A DNA stretch of 64,000 nucleotides from Acidimicrobiia bacterium. Its GTDB lineage: Bacteria > Actinomycetota > Acidimicrobiia > Spongiisociales > ZC4RG35. Shown here in pieces: positions 7,404-16,729 of this stretch. A program made the position numbers and the translations under genes. The DNA lies in NCBI GenBank assembly GCA_965203555.1, contig CBDBCY010000004.1, positions 2,464,001 to 2,528,000 of the forward strand, read 5' to 3'. Every line of letters begins with the position of its first letter. Within the stretch, counting starts at the first letter, position 1. The notes beneath the pieces were generated by a model. The model had not been told where the DNA came from, did no database searches, and was given only the letters and a program-made list of their open reading frames with translations.

Positions 7404-8027
7404 TTTTTGGGCTTGGGGATTCGTCCCCCTGATTTGGTGAACACCGGGTCTGGCAGTTGGGATCTCCTCAAGTGTCTGACCTTCAATATGCGCTTGTCTG
7501 AACTGAGAAGACGGCGAGGCTGATCTGATTGCTGATGAGGGTTAACGGTTATTACCTTGACCCCCTCGCCTTCGGCAAAGTCGACAGGCGTCTGGAGATC
7601 GCTGTCGTTGGATAACACGAGGGCAACGTCCATCAGGCGATGGCATGCATCCCGAACCAGATGGGCACCGAGTGAGAAGTCTGAACGCTTTTCCTCGAAT
7701 TGCACCACTTGCACGAATCTATTGAGGTCTTTCGCTAACGGGAGCCGTTTCTTTCGCCGTTTGAACTGCCCGAAGTGCACTTCAACCTCAGAGTGAGCAA
7801 CCAGTGCTCGAATGTAGTCATCCTACCGTTGCGAAAGGCCTGGATTGTCATGTCGACCTTGGACCCGCGAGGTGAAATACTTGACTTATCGATTCTGTGG
7901 CCTCTCAGAAGTATCTCTGCGAGGGCTCTGTGGTCGATCCACTTCAGAGAGGTTCCCTTTACGGCCCCGAGTAGAAGTTGAATCCGTCAACGTATACGAC
8001 AACCCGCGGCTGAGGCTTTTGGGTCAT
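7394..8027 (-). pseudogene. NYN/LabA-DUF88 (PIN-like) RNase pseudogene
   Basis: MTQKPQPRVVVYVDGFNFY / YGAVKGTSLKWID / VKYFTSRV...QR*D...EEKRSD...LSNDSDL...VNP. Frameshifts near 7970 and 7885, and an in-frame TAG at 7825-7823. Confidence 0.85.
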
Positions 8028-8067
8028 GCATGTCGCATCCTTGCCGCCACACCGGTTGAATCTACAG

Positions 8068-9666
8068 TCATCCAGAGTCGAATGCAGCTCCCAATCGCAG
8101 CAGACCCACCGTCAGACCGTCGGAAAGCGCCTCCCAGGAGGCTTCGATCATGTTGGGATGGACCCCTACCGTGCCCCAGGAGGTGGCGCCGTCGGTGGTC
8201 TCGATCAGGACCCGAACCGTGGCGCTGGTGCCGTCGGAGGAGTCAAGTACCCGGACCCGGTAGTCGATGAGGCGGAGCAGTTCCAATTGGGGAAAGGCGG
8301 AGATCAGCGAGGAGCGGAGCGCCAAGTCGAGCGCGTGGACCGGACCCACCCCGGCGCCGGTGGTGCGGTGACGTTCTCCTCCCACTTCCACCACCACTTC
8401 GGCCCGGGAGACAACTTCCCCGTGGCCGTTGTCGCGGTGGATGGAAACCGAGAAACCTCCGGCCGAAAAGAGATCCCGGTGCAAGCCGAGGGTGCGTCTC
8501 ACCAATAACTCGAATGATCCGTCCGCCGCCTCGAACTGGTATCCCCGGTGTTCCATTTCCTTCACCCGTTCCAGCACCTGTGCGGCGGATTCCTGGTCGA
8601 GGGTGAGCCCCAGTGCGGCGGCCCTTCGGATGACCGCCGCTCTTCCCGCCTGCTCGGAGATGACCATCCGTGTGGCGTTGCCGACCAGATCGGGCCGGGT
8701 GTGCTCGTAGGCGTCGGGACGCCGGGCCAGAGCCGAGGTGTGAAGTCCTGCCTTGTGGGTGAAGGCCGACGACCCCACATAGGGCCGATGGGGGTCCAGG
8801 GTGACGTTTACCACCTCGGCGATGTGGTGGGAGATGGAAGAAATCCGGGAAAGCCGCCTGCGGTCCACTACCGGCGCTCCCATCTTCAGAACCAGATCGG
8901 GAATGATCGTGGAGAGGTCGGCGTTGCCAGTCCTCTCTCCGTAGCCGTTGATGCATCCCTGCACCTGTCTGACCCCTAGGGCGGCGGCCCCCAGGGAGGA
9001 AGCGACCGCGCATCCGGCGTCGTTGTGGAAGTGGACGCCCAATGCTTCCACCGGCAAAGACTTGTCGAGTTCGGAGATGATCCGGTTGATCTCGGTGGGC
9101 AATACACCGCCGTTGGTGTCGCACAGGACCAGCCGCTCGGCGCCCGCCTCCCACGCGGTGGTGATCACCGCCAGGGCATAGCGGGGGTTGGCCCGGTAGC
9201 CGTCGAAGAAGTGTTCGGCGTCGAAGAACACCCGGCGTCCTTTCGATTTGAGATACTCCACCGATTCACCGGCCATGCGGATGCCTTCGTCCAGATCGCA
9301 GCGCAACGCCTCCCGGACGTGGTAGTCCCAGGACTTGCCCACGATGCAGATCACTTCGGTCCCGGCTTCCAGCAGGTGACGCAGTTGCGGATCGGATTCC
9401 ACTTGGCGGGAAGGACGGCGGGTCGATCCGAAAGCGGTGAGCCGGCTGTTGGACAGGGACAGTTCGGTTTTGGCCCGGACGAAGAACTCGTTGTCCTTGG
9501 GCAGGGCGCCCGGCCATCCACCCTCTATGTAGTGGACCCCCAGCGAATCGAGGAGCGAGGCGATTCGCAGCTTGTCGGAGACAGTGAGGGAAATACCCTC
9601 CTGCTGGGCGCCGTCGCGCAGAGTGGTGTCGTAGATCTCGAGCTCTGGATGGAGGGTGGGGGCCAT
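8068..9666 (-). CDS. cimA: Citramalate synthase
   Basis: DTTLRDGAQ, IEGGWPG, FDAEHFFDG, HFHND, GYGERTGN, HKAGLH, FEAADGSFEL, plus a LeuA-type allosteric domain. Confidence 0.93.
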   Translation of the reverse strand: MAPTLHPELEIYDTTLRDGAQQEGISLTVSDKLRIASLLDSLGVHYIEGGWPGALPKDNEFFVRAKTELSLSNSRLTAFGSTRRPSRQVESDPQLRHLLEAGTEVICIVGKSWDYHVREALRCDLDEGIRMAGESVEYLKSKGRRVFFDAEHFFDGYRANPRYALAVITTAWEAGAERLVLCDTNGGVLPTEINRIISELDKSLPVEALGVHFHNDAGCAVASSLGAAALGVRQVQGCINGYGERTGNADLSTIIPDLVLKMGAPVVDRRRLSRISSISHHIAEVVNVTLDPHRPYVGSSAFTHKAGLHTSALARRPDAYEHTRPDLVGNATRMVISEQAGRAAVIRRAAALGLTLDQESAAQVLERVKEMEHRGYQFEAADGSFELLVRRTLGLHRDLFSAGGFSVSIHRDNGHGEVVSRAEVVVEVGGERHRTTGAGVGPVHALDLALRSSLISAFPQLELLRLIDYRVRVLDSSDGTSATVRVLIETTDGATSWGTVGVHPNMIEASWEALSDGLTVGLLRLGAAFDSG

Positions 9667-9691
9667 GGGTTCTGTCCTGGTCGGGGCAATG

Positions 9692-9719
9692 AAAAAGCCC
9701 TCTGCCGGGGCAGAGGGCT
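9692..9719 (-). terminator. Attenuator terminator upstream of cimA
   Basis: Minus strand AGCCCTCTGC-CCCG-GCAGAGGGCT followed by TTTT. Confidence 0.8.
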
Positions 9720-9745
9720 GGGGCGCAGGCTTGGGCGGCCGACGC

Positions 9746-9796
9746 CTATGGGTCGATAATGATGGAGTGGATGCCGATCTGTGTCACGGTGTTCAT
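9746..9796 (-). CDS. Ile-rich leader peptide MNTVTQIGIHSIIIDP
   Basis: 16-aa ORF with 5 Ile codons (three consecutive), just upstream of the terminator and cimA. Confidence 0.8.
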   Translation of the reverse strand: MNTVTQIGIHSIIIDP

Positions 9797-9849
9797 TATG
9801 GCAGAACCATATCGGCTCGTCAACTGGTTAGGATGAGCGCTGTTCCGAA

Positions 9850-10836
9850 ATGTTCATAGGCGAAAAGAAGGTTTTTTCGGGTATCCAGCCCACCGGCGAG
9901 CTCCATCTGGGGAATCTGGTTGGCGCATTGCGCAACTGGGCGCAGATGCAGGACGACTACGAGACCTACTACTGCGTGGTGGATCTGCATGCCATGACCA
10001 TCCCCTATGATCCGGCGGCGTTCCATGCCGCCCGCCTGGAGACCGCCAAGCTGGTGATGGCCTCCGGCATAGACCCGAAGCGGTCGGTGTTCTATTTCCA
10101 GTCCCAGGTGCCGCAGCACTCCGAACTGGCCTGGGTGCTCTCCACCATCACGGGGATCGGCCAGTTGAACCGGATGACGCAGTACAAGGAAAAGGCCGAC
10201 CGCAGCGGACAGAATCTGGGTCTGTTGTCCTATCCGGTGCTGATGGCGGCCGACATCCTAATCCACAAGGTACATGCGGTGCCGGTGGGGGAGGACCAGC
10301 GCCAGCACCTCGAGTTGACCCGCGATCTGGTGGAACGGTTCAATCACCGTTTCGGGAGGGTCTTTCCGGTTCCCGAGCGGATCACCCCCCAGGTGGGGGC
10401 GCGGGTGATGTCACTGCAGGACCCCACGTCCAAGATGTCCAAAAGCGATCCCGACGTGCGGTCACGGTTGTTGCTCACTGATTCGGCGGACCAGATCCGG
10501 CGCAAGATCCGATCGGCGGTCACCGATTCGGAGCGGACGGTGGCCTATGAGTGGAAAATCAAGCCGGGGATCTCCAACCTGCTGGAATTGTTCTCGGTCG
10601 CCACCGGCCGTGCGGTGGAGGAACTGGCCGCCGAACACCGGGATGCCGGATACGGTCGGTTCAAGATGGCCGTTGCGGAGGCTCTGGTGGAGTACTTGAC
10701 GCCGGTCAGGGAGCGCTACGAAGGGATGGACAACGCCGAGGTGTCCCGCCTGATGGCGGAAGGAGCGGCGGAGGCCCGCCGCCGCGCCGAGATTTCCATG
10801 GCCACGGTCTGGGAGGCGGTGGGACTGTCCGCCTGA
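9850..10836 (+). CDS. trpS: Tryptophanyl-tRNA synthetase
   Basis: SGIQPTG-LHLGN, YPVLMAADIL, VPVGEDQ, KMSKS. Confidence 0.97.
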   Translation: MFIGEKKVFSGIQPTGELHLGNLVGALRNWAQMQDDYETYYCVVDLHAMTIPYDPAAFHAARLETAKLVMASGIDPKRSVFYFQSQVPQHSELAWVLSTITGIGQLNRMTQYKEKADRSGQNLGLLSYPVLMAADILIHKVHAVPVGEDQRQHLELTRDLVERFNHRFGRVFPVPERITPQVGARVMSLQDPTSKMSKSDPDVRSRLLLTDSADQIRRKIRSAVTDSERTVAYEWKIKPGISNLLELFSVATGRAVEELAAEHRDAGYGRFKMAVAEALVEYLTPVRERYEGMDNAEVSRLMAEGAAEARRRAEISMATVWEAVGLSA

Positions 10837-10951
10837 CGGCGCCAGGGCTTGGACCCACCGATATATGTTGCTATACCGGTGGCGTTGGTTCATTTAGCGG
10901 CGGGCCTGGCCCATCGAAAATCATGGCCCTTGCAGGTTCAACAAGAAACTG

Positions 10952-11176
10952 CTATTCAGATTCGGGACCGCTCCACTCGCTCAAAGCCGGCCACTGCGAC
11001 ACTCTCTCGTAGCCTGCGCGAAGGTCTTCGATCACCATCCTCTGTGCTTGAACTATCTGATAAGTAGCTTCCGCTCTGCGTTGTCCCACCAGAAAGAGGT
11101 TGGCCAGGATAGTTCCGAGAACCCCTAATCCGGCTCCGGCTACCGCGGAGATTCCTAACATCCAGGGCTCATCCAT
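10952..11176 (-). CDS. Small single-TM hypothetical protein
   Basis: N-terminal hydrophobic helix; overlaps the end of the upstream ORF by 8 nt. Confidence 0.5.
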   Translation of the reverse strand: MDEPWMLGISAVAGAGLGVLGTILANLFLVGQRRAEATYQIVQAQRMVIEDLRAGYERVSQWPALSEWSGPESE

Positions 11177-11378
11177 AGGTCAACAAATCCCTCAGAGTGG
11201 GCTTTGGTCGCGGTCGGGGCCGGAGAGGCCTGCCTGATTTGAGGTGCTTTCTCAACATTTCCAGCACCGTCGTGAAGTCCTCCTCGGAAAGCCCCAACTC
11301 CAACCTTGCCTCCTCGTGAGAAATGTAGGGGCGCTGGGAAGCGATGTCAGCCAGGTCGAACATGAGATTGCGGTCCAT
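11169..11378 (-). CDS. Small hypothetical protein, possibly HTH-like
   Basis: Preceded by TTGACC-17-TAGGCT, 8 nt before the ATG (near-leaderless). Confidence 0.55.
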   Translation of the reverse strand: MDRNLMFDLADIASQRPYISHEEARLELGLSEEDFTTVLEMLRKHLKSGRPLRPRPRPKPTLRDLLTYG

Positions 11379-11386
11379 GCTGTGAA

Positions 11387-11415
11387 AGCCTATAACACCG
11401 GGGTGCGTAGGTCAA
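11387..11415 (-). promoter_or_regulatory. Sigma70 promoter
   Basis: TTGACC (11415-11410), 17 nt, TAGGCT (11392-11387). Confidence 0.6.
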
Positions 11416-11539
11416 CCCTCGCGGCTTTCTTTCACAACTCCCTGGAGTCAGACGTTGGTCGGGCTACAGAGGATCTTGGAGGTTTACCAGAAGAAGTGTT
11501 CCCGGTGTTGATTCGGACGTGTCCGGTCCGTGGAGCAAG

Positions 11540-13162
11540 TCATCCGGCAGGTGGAGACCACAGGAGGGTGTCGGGCCAGAACTGGCTCCAGGCGAACCAG
11601 AAGGCTTGATGGGAGGCAATCTCGGACCCGTCGGAGACCGCAACGGCCCGGAGTCCGTCACCGTCCTTGATCAGTTTCACGCCCTCGGCGATCACGTCCC
11701 CGCCGGAGTCGATCACCGACAGGGCGGTCTGGCGGGGAAAGGCGATGGTGGTCCCTTCCCCCAGTTCCACCCCCACCACCAGATCCTGAACGCCCAGGCG
11801 GGTGTCCACGTCGCCGACCGGGAAAATGGGGCCGTGGTCGTCCCTGCCTCTCAGCGGGTCCATGGGGTAGCTTCGTCCCAGCCCGCCGTCCTCCGCCAGG
11901 ATGGTGGTGTCCGGATGCGCCTGCTTCCAGGCGCCCCAGGTGGATGACACGACCGTGGCCTGGGGAAGCCGCACGCCCGCCTCCCGTAACGGTCCGGACA
12001 CGGCCTCGCCGGTGAAGGTGTCGAACACCGACTTGGTGTTGAGGTCGTACATGACTTTGTTGGATCTGCTCAGCAGTCCCGAGGTGCGTAGAACCGGGGT
12101 TTCGACGCCCTCCGGCACCTGGTCGGTGAAGTAGGCCTGCGCCGAGCCGCACAAGGTGCAGTAGGGCATCCCGATTCGCCTACCCCCCAAGGTGTCGTTG
12201 ACCATCTCGTGGATTTCCATCTGGTTCTTGGGATAGGCCCGGGATTCGCCGTTGATGGTGACTCCGAACACCACGCCGTCGTCGGGATACCAACCGCCGT
12301 CCTCGGCAGGGGTCACCGGGGGATCATCCAGGGAGGGGATGCATCCTCTCGGACAGTCGGTGGTCGCTCCCAGGGGCCGATCGTCGATGAATACCCCTCC
12401 CCAACTCAACCACCGCCAGTCGATGGTGGCGTCCGGATCGCTGAAGAAAGGTGCCCAGCCCGGCTCGACCAGTGTGAAGAGGCGTCCTTTGTATTCTCGG
12501 TACTCGGGGAAGTCCGGAAGGTCCCAGGCTATGAGCAGGTCGGTGGCGTCCTTCCACAGGTCCAGGGTTCCCCCACGCAGAACATCGGCGCCCAGCAGGT
12601 CCTGGAGGCGGGCCCCCAGCAATTCGTGGAGTTCCACGCTGTTGGCGAAGCGCAGCACGTCGGAAAGGACCCAGGCACTTCTGATGTCCCCGTGGGAAGC
12701 CACCGCTATCAACTCCTCCCGCCCGATCCTCCGCTCGGCTTCCAGCAAGCCGAAAAACGCTTCGAGATCGGAACGCAGTTCATCGGAGATCGGACCTTGC
12801 GGAAACTCGGGAGGCGGTGGGAAGGTGTCGCCGCTGCTCGACACAAGGGCGGCGGACGGTACCGCTTCGGTGACCCCGGCCGCGCTGGTGGTGGTCGCCG
12901 GTTCTGTTGCAGGGGTGGTGGTCTCCTCCGCGCCTATGGCGGAGACGTCGGGTACGGTGGTTTCAGATAGCGCCTGGGTGGTGGCCTGGGAATATGTAGA
13001 CGTGGTTGCCGCAGTGGTGGTGACTGCGGCTTGGGTGGCGCTGACCTCGGACGTGGTCGGTGGGGTGGCGTCGCCGCCGCATGCCCACAGGATCGGCAGG
13101 ATCAAAGCCAGGGTGATGATTTTTCGATGAATGTTGGCTTCCCGGTATGGGTTTCTTTCCAT
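11540..13162 (-). CDS. DUF3179-domain lipoprotein
   Basis: Lipobox LWAC and Thr-rich linker; IPSLDDP, RAYP...HEMVND, YCTLCGS, SGLL..SN.VMYD, TWGAWK..HPDT, FWFAW. Confidence 0.85.
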   Translation of the reverse strand: MERNPYREANIHRKIITLALILPILWACGGDATPPTTSEVSATQAAVTTTAATTSTYSQATTQALSETTVPDVSAIGAEETTTPATEPATTTSAAGVTEAVPSAALVSSSGDTFPPPPEFPQGPISDELRSDLEAFFGLLEAERRIGREELIAVASHGDIRSAWVLSDVLRFANSVELHELLGARLQDLLGADVLRGGTLDLWKDATDLLIAWDLPDFPEYREYKGRLFTLVEPGWAPFFSDPDATIDWRWLSWGGVFIDDRPLGATTDCPRGCIPSLDDPPVTPAEDGGWYPDDGVVFGVTINGESRAYPKNQMEIHEMVNDTLGGRRIGMPYCTLCGSAQAYFTDQVPEGVETPVLRTSGLLSRSNKVMYDLNTKSVFDTFTGEAVSGPLREAGVRLPQATVVSSTWGAWKQAHPDTTILAEDGGLGRSYPMDPLRGRDDHGPIFPVGDVDTRLGVQDLVVGVELGEGTTIAFPRQTALSVIDSGGDVIAEGVKLIKDGDGLRAVAVSDGSEIASHQAFWFAWSQFWPDTLLWSPPAG

Positions 13163-13364
13163 GCTACGGAGGATTTGAAAGCATAGGATTGGTGTAAAGG
13201 ACAAGCTACCGGCGCCCCGCCTTGTGGGGTGCTCTTGATCGGTGTCGGCTTGATGAGGGAGATGAGTCAACGAATAGAGACTGGGACAGCGACCAACTGT
13301 CCCCTGAGCGCGGTAGGCTGAGAAGGTGGACGTGGAGGTTGACACAACCGGAAGGGAGGTTGCC

Positions 13365-13694
13365 ATGTCGGACTTGGAAAACCAACTTAGTGAGCAGTCG
13401 AAATGGTTGGAGGACCAGTTCCAATTTATCGGCCAGTATTTCGAGTGGTTCGAAACCCAGTTCATCGAGATTCGCAAGGATGTCGGGGGTTTGAAGGAGG
13501 ATGTCGGGGGTTTGAAGGAGGACGTTGGGGGTTTGAAGGAGGATGTCGGGGATCTCAAACAGGACATCAGGGGTTTCGAACAGGAAGTGGACGCTCGATT
13601 CGAGGGCTTGGAGGAACGCCTTACGGAAAGGATCGACAACTTGGAGGCAGGCCTCGACCAGCGACTCCGGGTTGCCGAAGGGATTATCTTGTAG
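13365..13694 (+). CDS. Coiled-coil protein with KEDVGGL heptad repeats
   Basis: GGAGG SD; 21-bp tandem repeats. Confidence 0.75.
   Translation: MSDLENQLSEQSKWLEDQFQFIGQYFEWFETQFIEIRKDVGGLKEDVGGLKEDVGGLKEDVGDLKQDIRGFEQEVDARFEGLEERLTERIDNLEAGLDQRLRVAEGIIL
13477..13578 (+). repeat. 21-bp coding tandem repeat (about 5 copies)
   Basis: AAGGAGGATGTCGGGGGTTTG-like units. Confidence 0.9.
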
Positions 13695-14035
13695 GAAGGC
13701 GCCGGCGGGTCCAGGCGGACCGGGCAGCGCTCCGTTTGATATACCCGGCAACATCATCTGCTCAGAGGGGAGGCCTTTTGTGGCAAATGATGTCAAGCCG
13801 TGCATCTGGCCGGCCGCCATCGTGGCGCCGCCAGTCGGCTCTCCTGCCGGACCGACAGGAACGGCCCACCGGACAACTCTTGAGAAAAGCGAGTGGCGGG
13901 GTTTTGTCACTGTGCCTTGGTAGCCTTCGGGGACAGGCGGATTTTGGGGCAATCTCGATGACCTTCCAGCGTTCAATACGAATAAGAGGCGCGGCGCTCT
14001 CGCGGTGGATGTGCCGCAGGGTGGGCGGAGCGTAG

Positions 14036-15193
14036 ATGGCGGTCGACATCGGCATCGGCAAGACTGCCCGACGGGTTTACGGGCTGGATGAGATAGCGAT
14101 CGTTCCCACTCGCCGCACCAGAGACTCGGACGACGTCGATCTGGGTTGGCAACTGGACGCCTACCCGTTCTCGGTTCCCATGATGGGCGCCGCCATGGAC
14201 TCGACCATGAGTCCGGCGACGGTGATCGAGGTGGGGAGGCTCGGCGGTCTGGGAGTCCTCAACCTCCAGGGGCTTTGGGCCCGCTATCAGGATCCGACCC
14301 CGATCTACGAGGAGATCGTCTCGGTGTCGGCCGATTGCGCCACGGCTTTGCTGCAAGAGGTCTATCGGGAGCCCGTCAAGGGATTTCTCATCGGCGAGCG
14401 TATCCAACAGATCAGGGATTCGGGATTCGTCGCGGCCGCCAGCCTCACGCCGCAGAACACCCTCCAATACGCCCATCTCGCCGCGGAGGCGGGACTTGAT
14501 CTGCTGGTCATCCAGGGGACGGTGGTCTCTGCTGAACACGTCTCGATTCACACCGAGCCGCTGAACCTCAAAAAGTTCATCGCGGAGTACCCGGTCCCCG
14601 TGGTGGTGGGGGGATGCTCGTCGTATTCCATGGCTTTGCATCTGATGCGCACCGGAGCGGTGGGCGTGCTGGTGGGCGTCGGTCCCGGGGCGGCCAGCGT
14701 CACCCGAAAAGTTCTGGGCGTGGGGGTGTCCCAGGCCACCTCCATCGCCGACGCGGCGGGCGCCCGGGTCCATTACCTGCTGGAGACGGGGCGCTACGTG
14801 CACGTCATCGCCGACGGCGGCATGAGGACCGGCGGTGAGATAGCCAAGGCGATCGCCTGCGGGGCCGATGCAGTGATGCTGGGCTCTCCCCTGGCGGCAG
14901 CCGGCGAGGCGCCCGGACGGGGATTCCATTGGGGCATGCACTCCTTCCATCCTTCCCTCCCCCGGGGTGTCCGCATCGAGATCCCCACCCGCGGCAGCCT
15001 GCGGGAGGTCATGTTGGGACCGGCCACGGAAAGCGACGGCTTCACCAATCTGTTCGGGGGGCTTCGTAGGGCGATGTCCACCACCGGATACTCCAACGTC
15101 CTGGAATTCCAGAAGGCAGAGGTGGCGGTGGCGCCTTCCTTTCTTTATGAGGGCAAGCAGATGCAGCGGGCACAACAGGTGGGGATGGATTGA
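14036..15193 (+). CDS. guaB3: GuaB3-family IMP dehydrogenase-related protein
   Basis: [49 protein letters not shown]; lies before guaA. Confidence 0.9.
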   Translation: MAVDIGIGKTARRVYGLDEIAIVPTRRTRDSDDVDLGWQLDAYPFSVPMMGAAMDSTMSPATVIEVGRLGGLGVLNLQGLWARYQDPTPIYEEIVSVSADCATALLQEVYREPVKGFLIGERIQQIRDSGFVAAASLTPQNTLQYAHLAAEAGLDLLVIQGTVVSAEHVSIHTEPLNLKKFIAEYPVPVVVGGCSSYSMALHLMRTGAVGVLVGVGPGAASVTRKVLGVGVSQATSIADAAGARVHYLLETGRYVHVIADGGMRTGGEIAKAIACGADAVMLGSPLAAAGEAPGRGFHWGMHSFHPSLPRGVRIEIPTRGSLREVMLGPATESDGFTNLFGGLRRAMSTTGYSNVLEFQKAEVAVAPSFLYEGKQMQRAQQVGMD

Positions 15194-16728
15194 CCTCTTC
15201 CACCGACAATGTGCTGGTGGTGGATCTGGGGGCCCAGTACGCCCGCTTGATCGCCCGCCGCATCCGGGAGGCGCAGGTTCACTCCGAGATAGTGCCGGCG
15301 CGGATCACCGCATCGGAGGCGATGGCCCGCTCGCCCTCGGGCATCGTATTGTCGGGCGGACCTGCGTCGGTCTATTCTCCGGACGCCGTCTCCATCGATC
15401 CGGGCCTGCTGTCGTTGGGAGTGCCGGTGCTGGGCATCTGCTACGGACACCAACTAATCGCCGATCTGATGGGAGGCAGGGTGGCGGCCACCGGCGGGGG
15501 GGAGTTCGGAAACACCATTATGGAGACCGACTCTCCTTCCCTTCTCCTGGGAGACTTCCCACCGGTCTCCGGTGTCTGGATGAGCCATCGGGATGCGGTG
15601 GTGGCCCCGCCCCCCGGTTTCACGGTGACCGCCCGCACCCCCGGCGCTTCGGTGGCCGCCATGGAGAACCGGGACCTGGATCTGTACGGGGTGCAATTCC
15701 ACCCGGAGGTGACCCATACCCCGATGGGGATGGACGTGTTGCGAAGGTTCCTCCACGGGGCCTGCGGGGCACAGGCCTCCTGGACGGCCGAATCGATCAT
15801 CCGACGAGAAGTAGAGAACATCGGCCGACAGATCGGCGGGTCCCGGGCGGTGTGCGGGCTGTCGGGCGGGGTCGATTCGGCGGTGGCCGCAGCCCTGGTG
15901 CACCGGGCGATCGGCGATCGTCTCACCTGCGTGTTCGTGGATCATGGACTGCTGCGCCAGGGCGAGCCGCAACAGGTGGAAGAAGTGTTCGGCGACAACT
16001 TCTCGACCAACCTGATCCATGTCAAGGCGCAGTCCAGGTTTCTGGACGCCCTGGCGGGAGTGACCGACCCAGAGACCAAACGAAAAATCATCGGGGAGAC
16101 CTTCATCAAGGTATTCGAGGAGGTCTCCGATCGCCTTCCCGAGTGCCGTTTCCTGGTGCAGGGGACCCTTTATCCCGATGTGATCGAATCGGGAGGAGGG
16201 GATGCAGCCGTCATCAAGAGCCATCACAACGTGGGTGGCCTTCCCGAGCACATGCGGCTTGAGCTGGTGGAACCGCTTCGGGACCTCTTCAAAGACGAAG
16301 TGCGGGCGGTGGGAGAACAGTTGGGTCTGCCCGAGGAAATTGTCTGGCGTCATCCGTTCCCGGGGCCGGGGTTGGCAATTCGCATCATCGGTGAGGTGAC
16401 CGCCGAGCGGCTCGACCTGCTCCGCCGGGCCGACACGATCGTCATCGACGAGATACGCCGGGCGGGCCTGTACCGCGACCTGTGGCAGGTGTTCGGGGTC
16501 CTACCGGCCATACGATCGGTGGGTGTCCAGGGGGATGGACGCACCTACGCCTATCCATTGGTGGTGCGGGCGGTGGAAAGCGACGAGGCGATGACCGCCG
16601 ACTGGGCGCGGCTTCCCTACGAGGTGCTTTCGGCCATCTCCCAGCGGGTGATCGGGGAAGTGGAGGGGATCAACCGGGTGCTCTACGATGTCTCGTCCAA
16701 GCCTCCCGCCACCATCGAATGGGAATGA
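15190..16728 (+). CDS. guaA: GMP synthase (glutamine-hydrolysing)
   Basis: [50 protein letters not shown]. Confidence 0.97.
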   Translation: MTSSTDNVLVVDLGAQYARLIARRIREAQVHSEIVPARITASEAMARSPSGIVLSGGPASVYSPDAVSIDPGLLSLGVPVLGICYGHQLIADLMGGRVAATGGGEFGNTIMETDSPSLLLGDFPPVSGVWMSHRDAVVAPPPGFTVTARTPGASVAAMENRDLDLYGVQFHPEVTHTPMGMDVLRRFLHGACGAQASWTAESIIRREVENIGRQIGGSRAVCGLSGGVDSAVAAALVHRAIGDRLTCVFVDHGLLRQGEPQQVEEVFGDNFSTNLIHVKAQSRFLDALAGVTDPETKRKIIGETFIKVFEEVSDRLPECRFLVQGTLYPDVIESGGGDAAVIKSHHNVGGLPEHMRLELVEPLRDLFKDEVRAVGEQLGLPEEIVWRHPFPGPGLAIRIIGEVTAERLDLLRRADTIVIDEIRRAGLYRDLWQVFGVLPAIRSVGVQGDGRTYAYPLVVRAVESDEAMTADWARLPYEVLSAISQRVIGEVEGINRVLYDVSSKPPATIEWE

Positions 16729-16729
16729 G

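Noticed and set aside
11540-13162. Selenoprotein form of DUF3179
   Set aside because: The motif is CTLC and there is no in-frame TGA.
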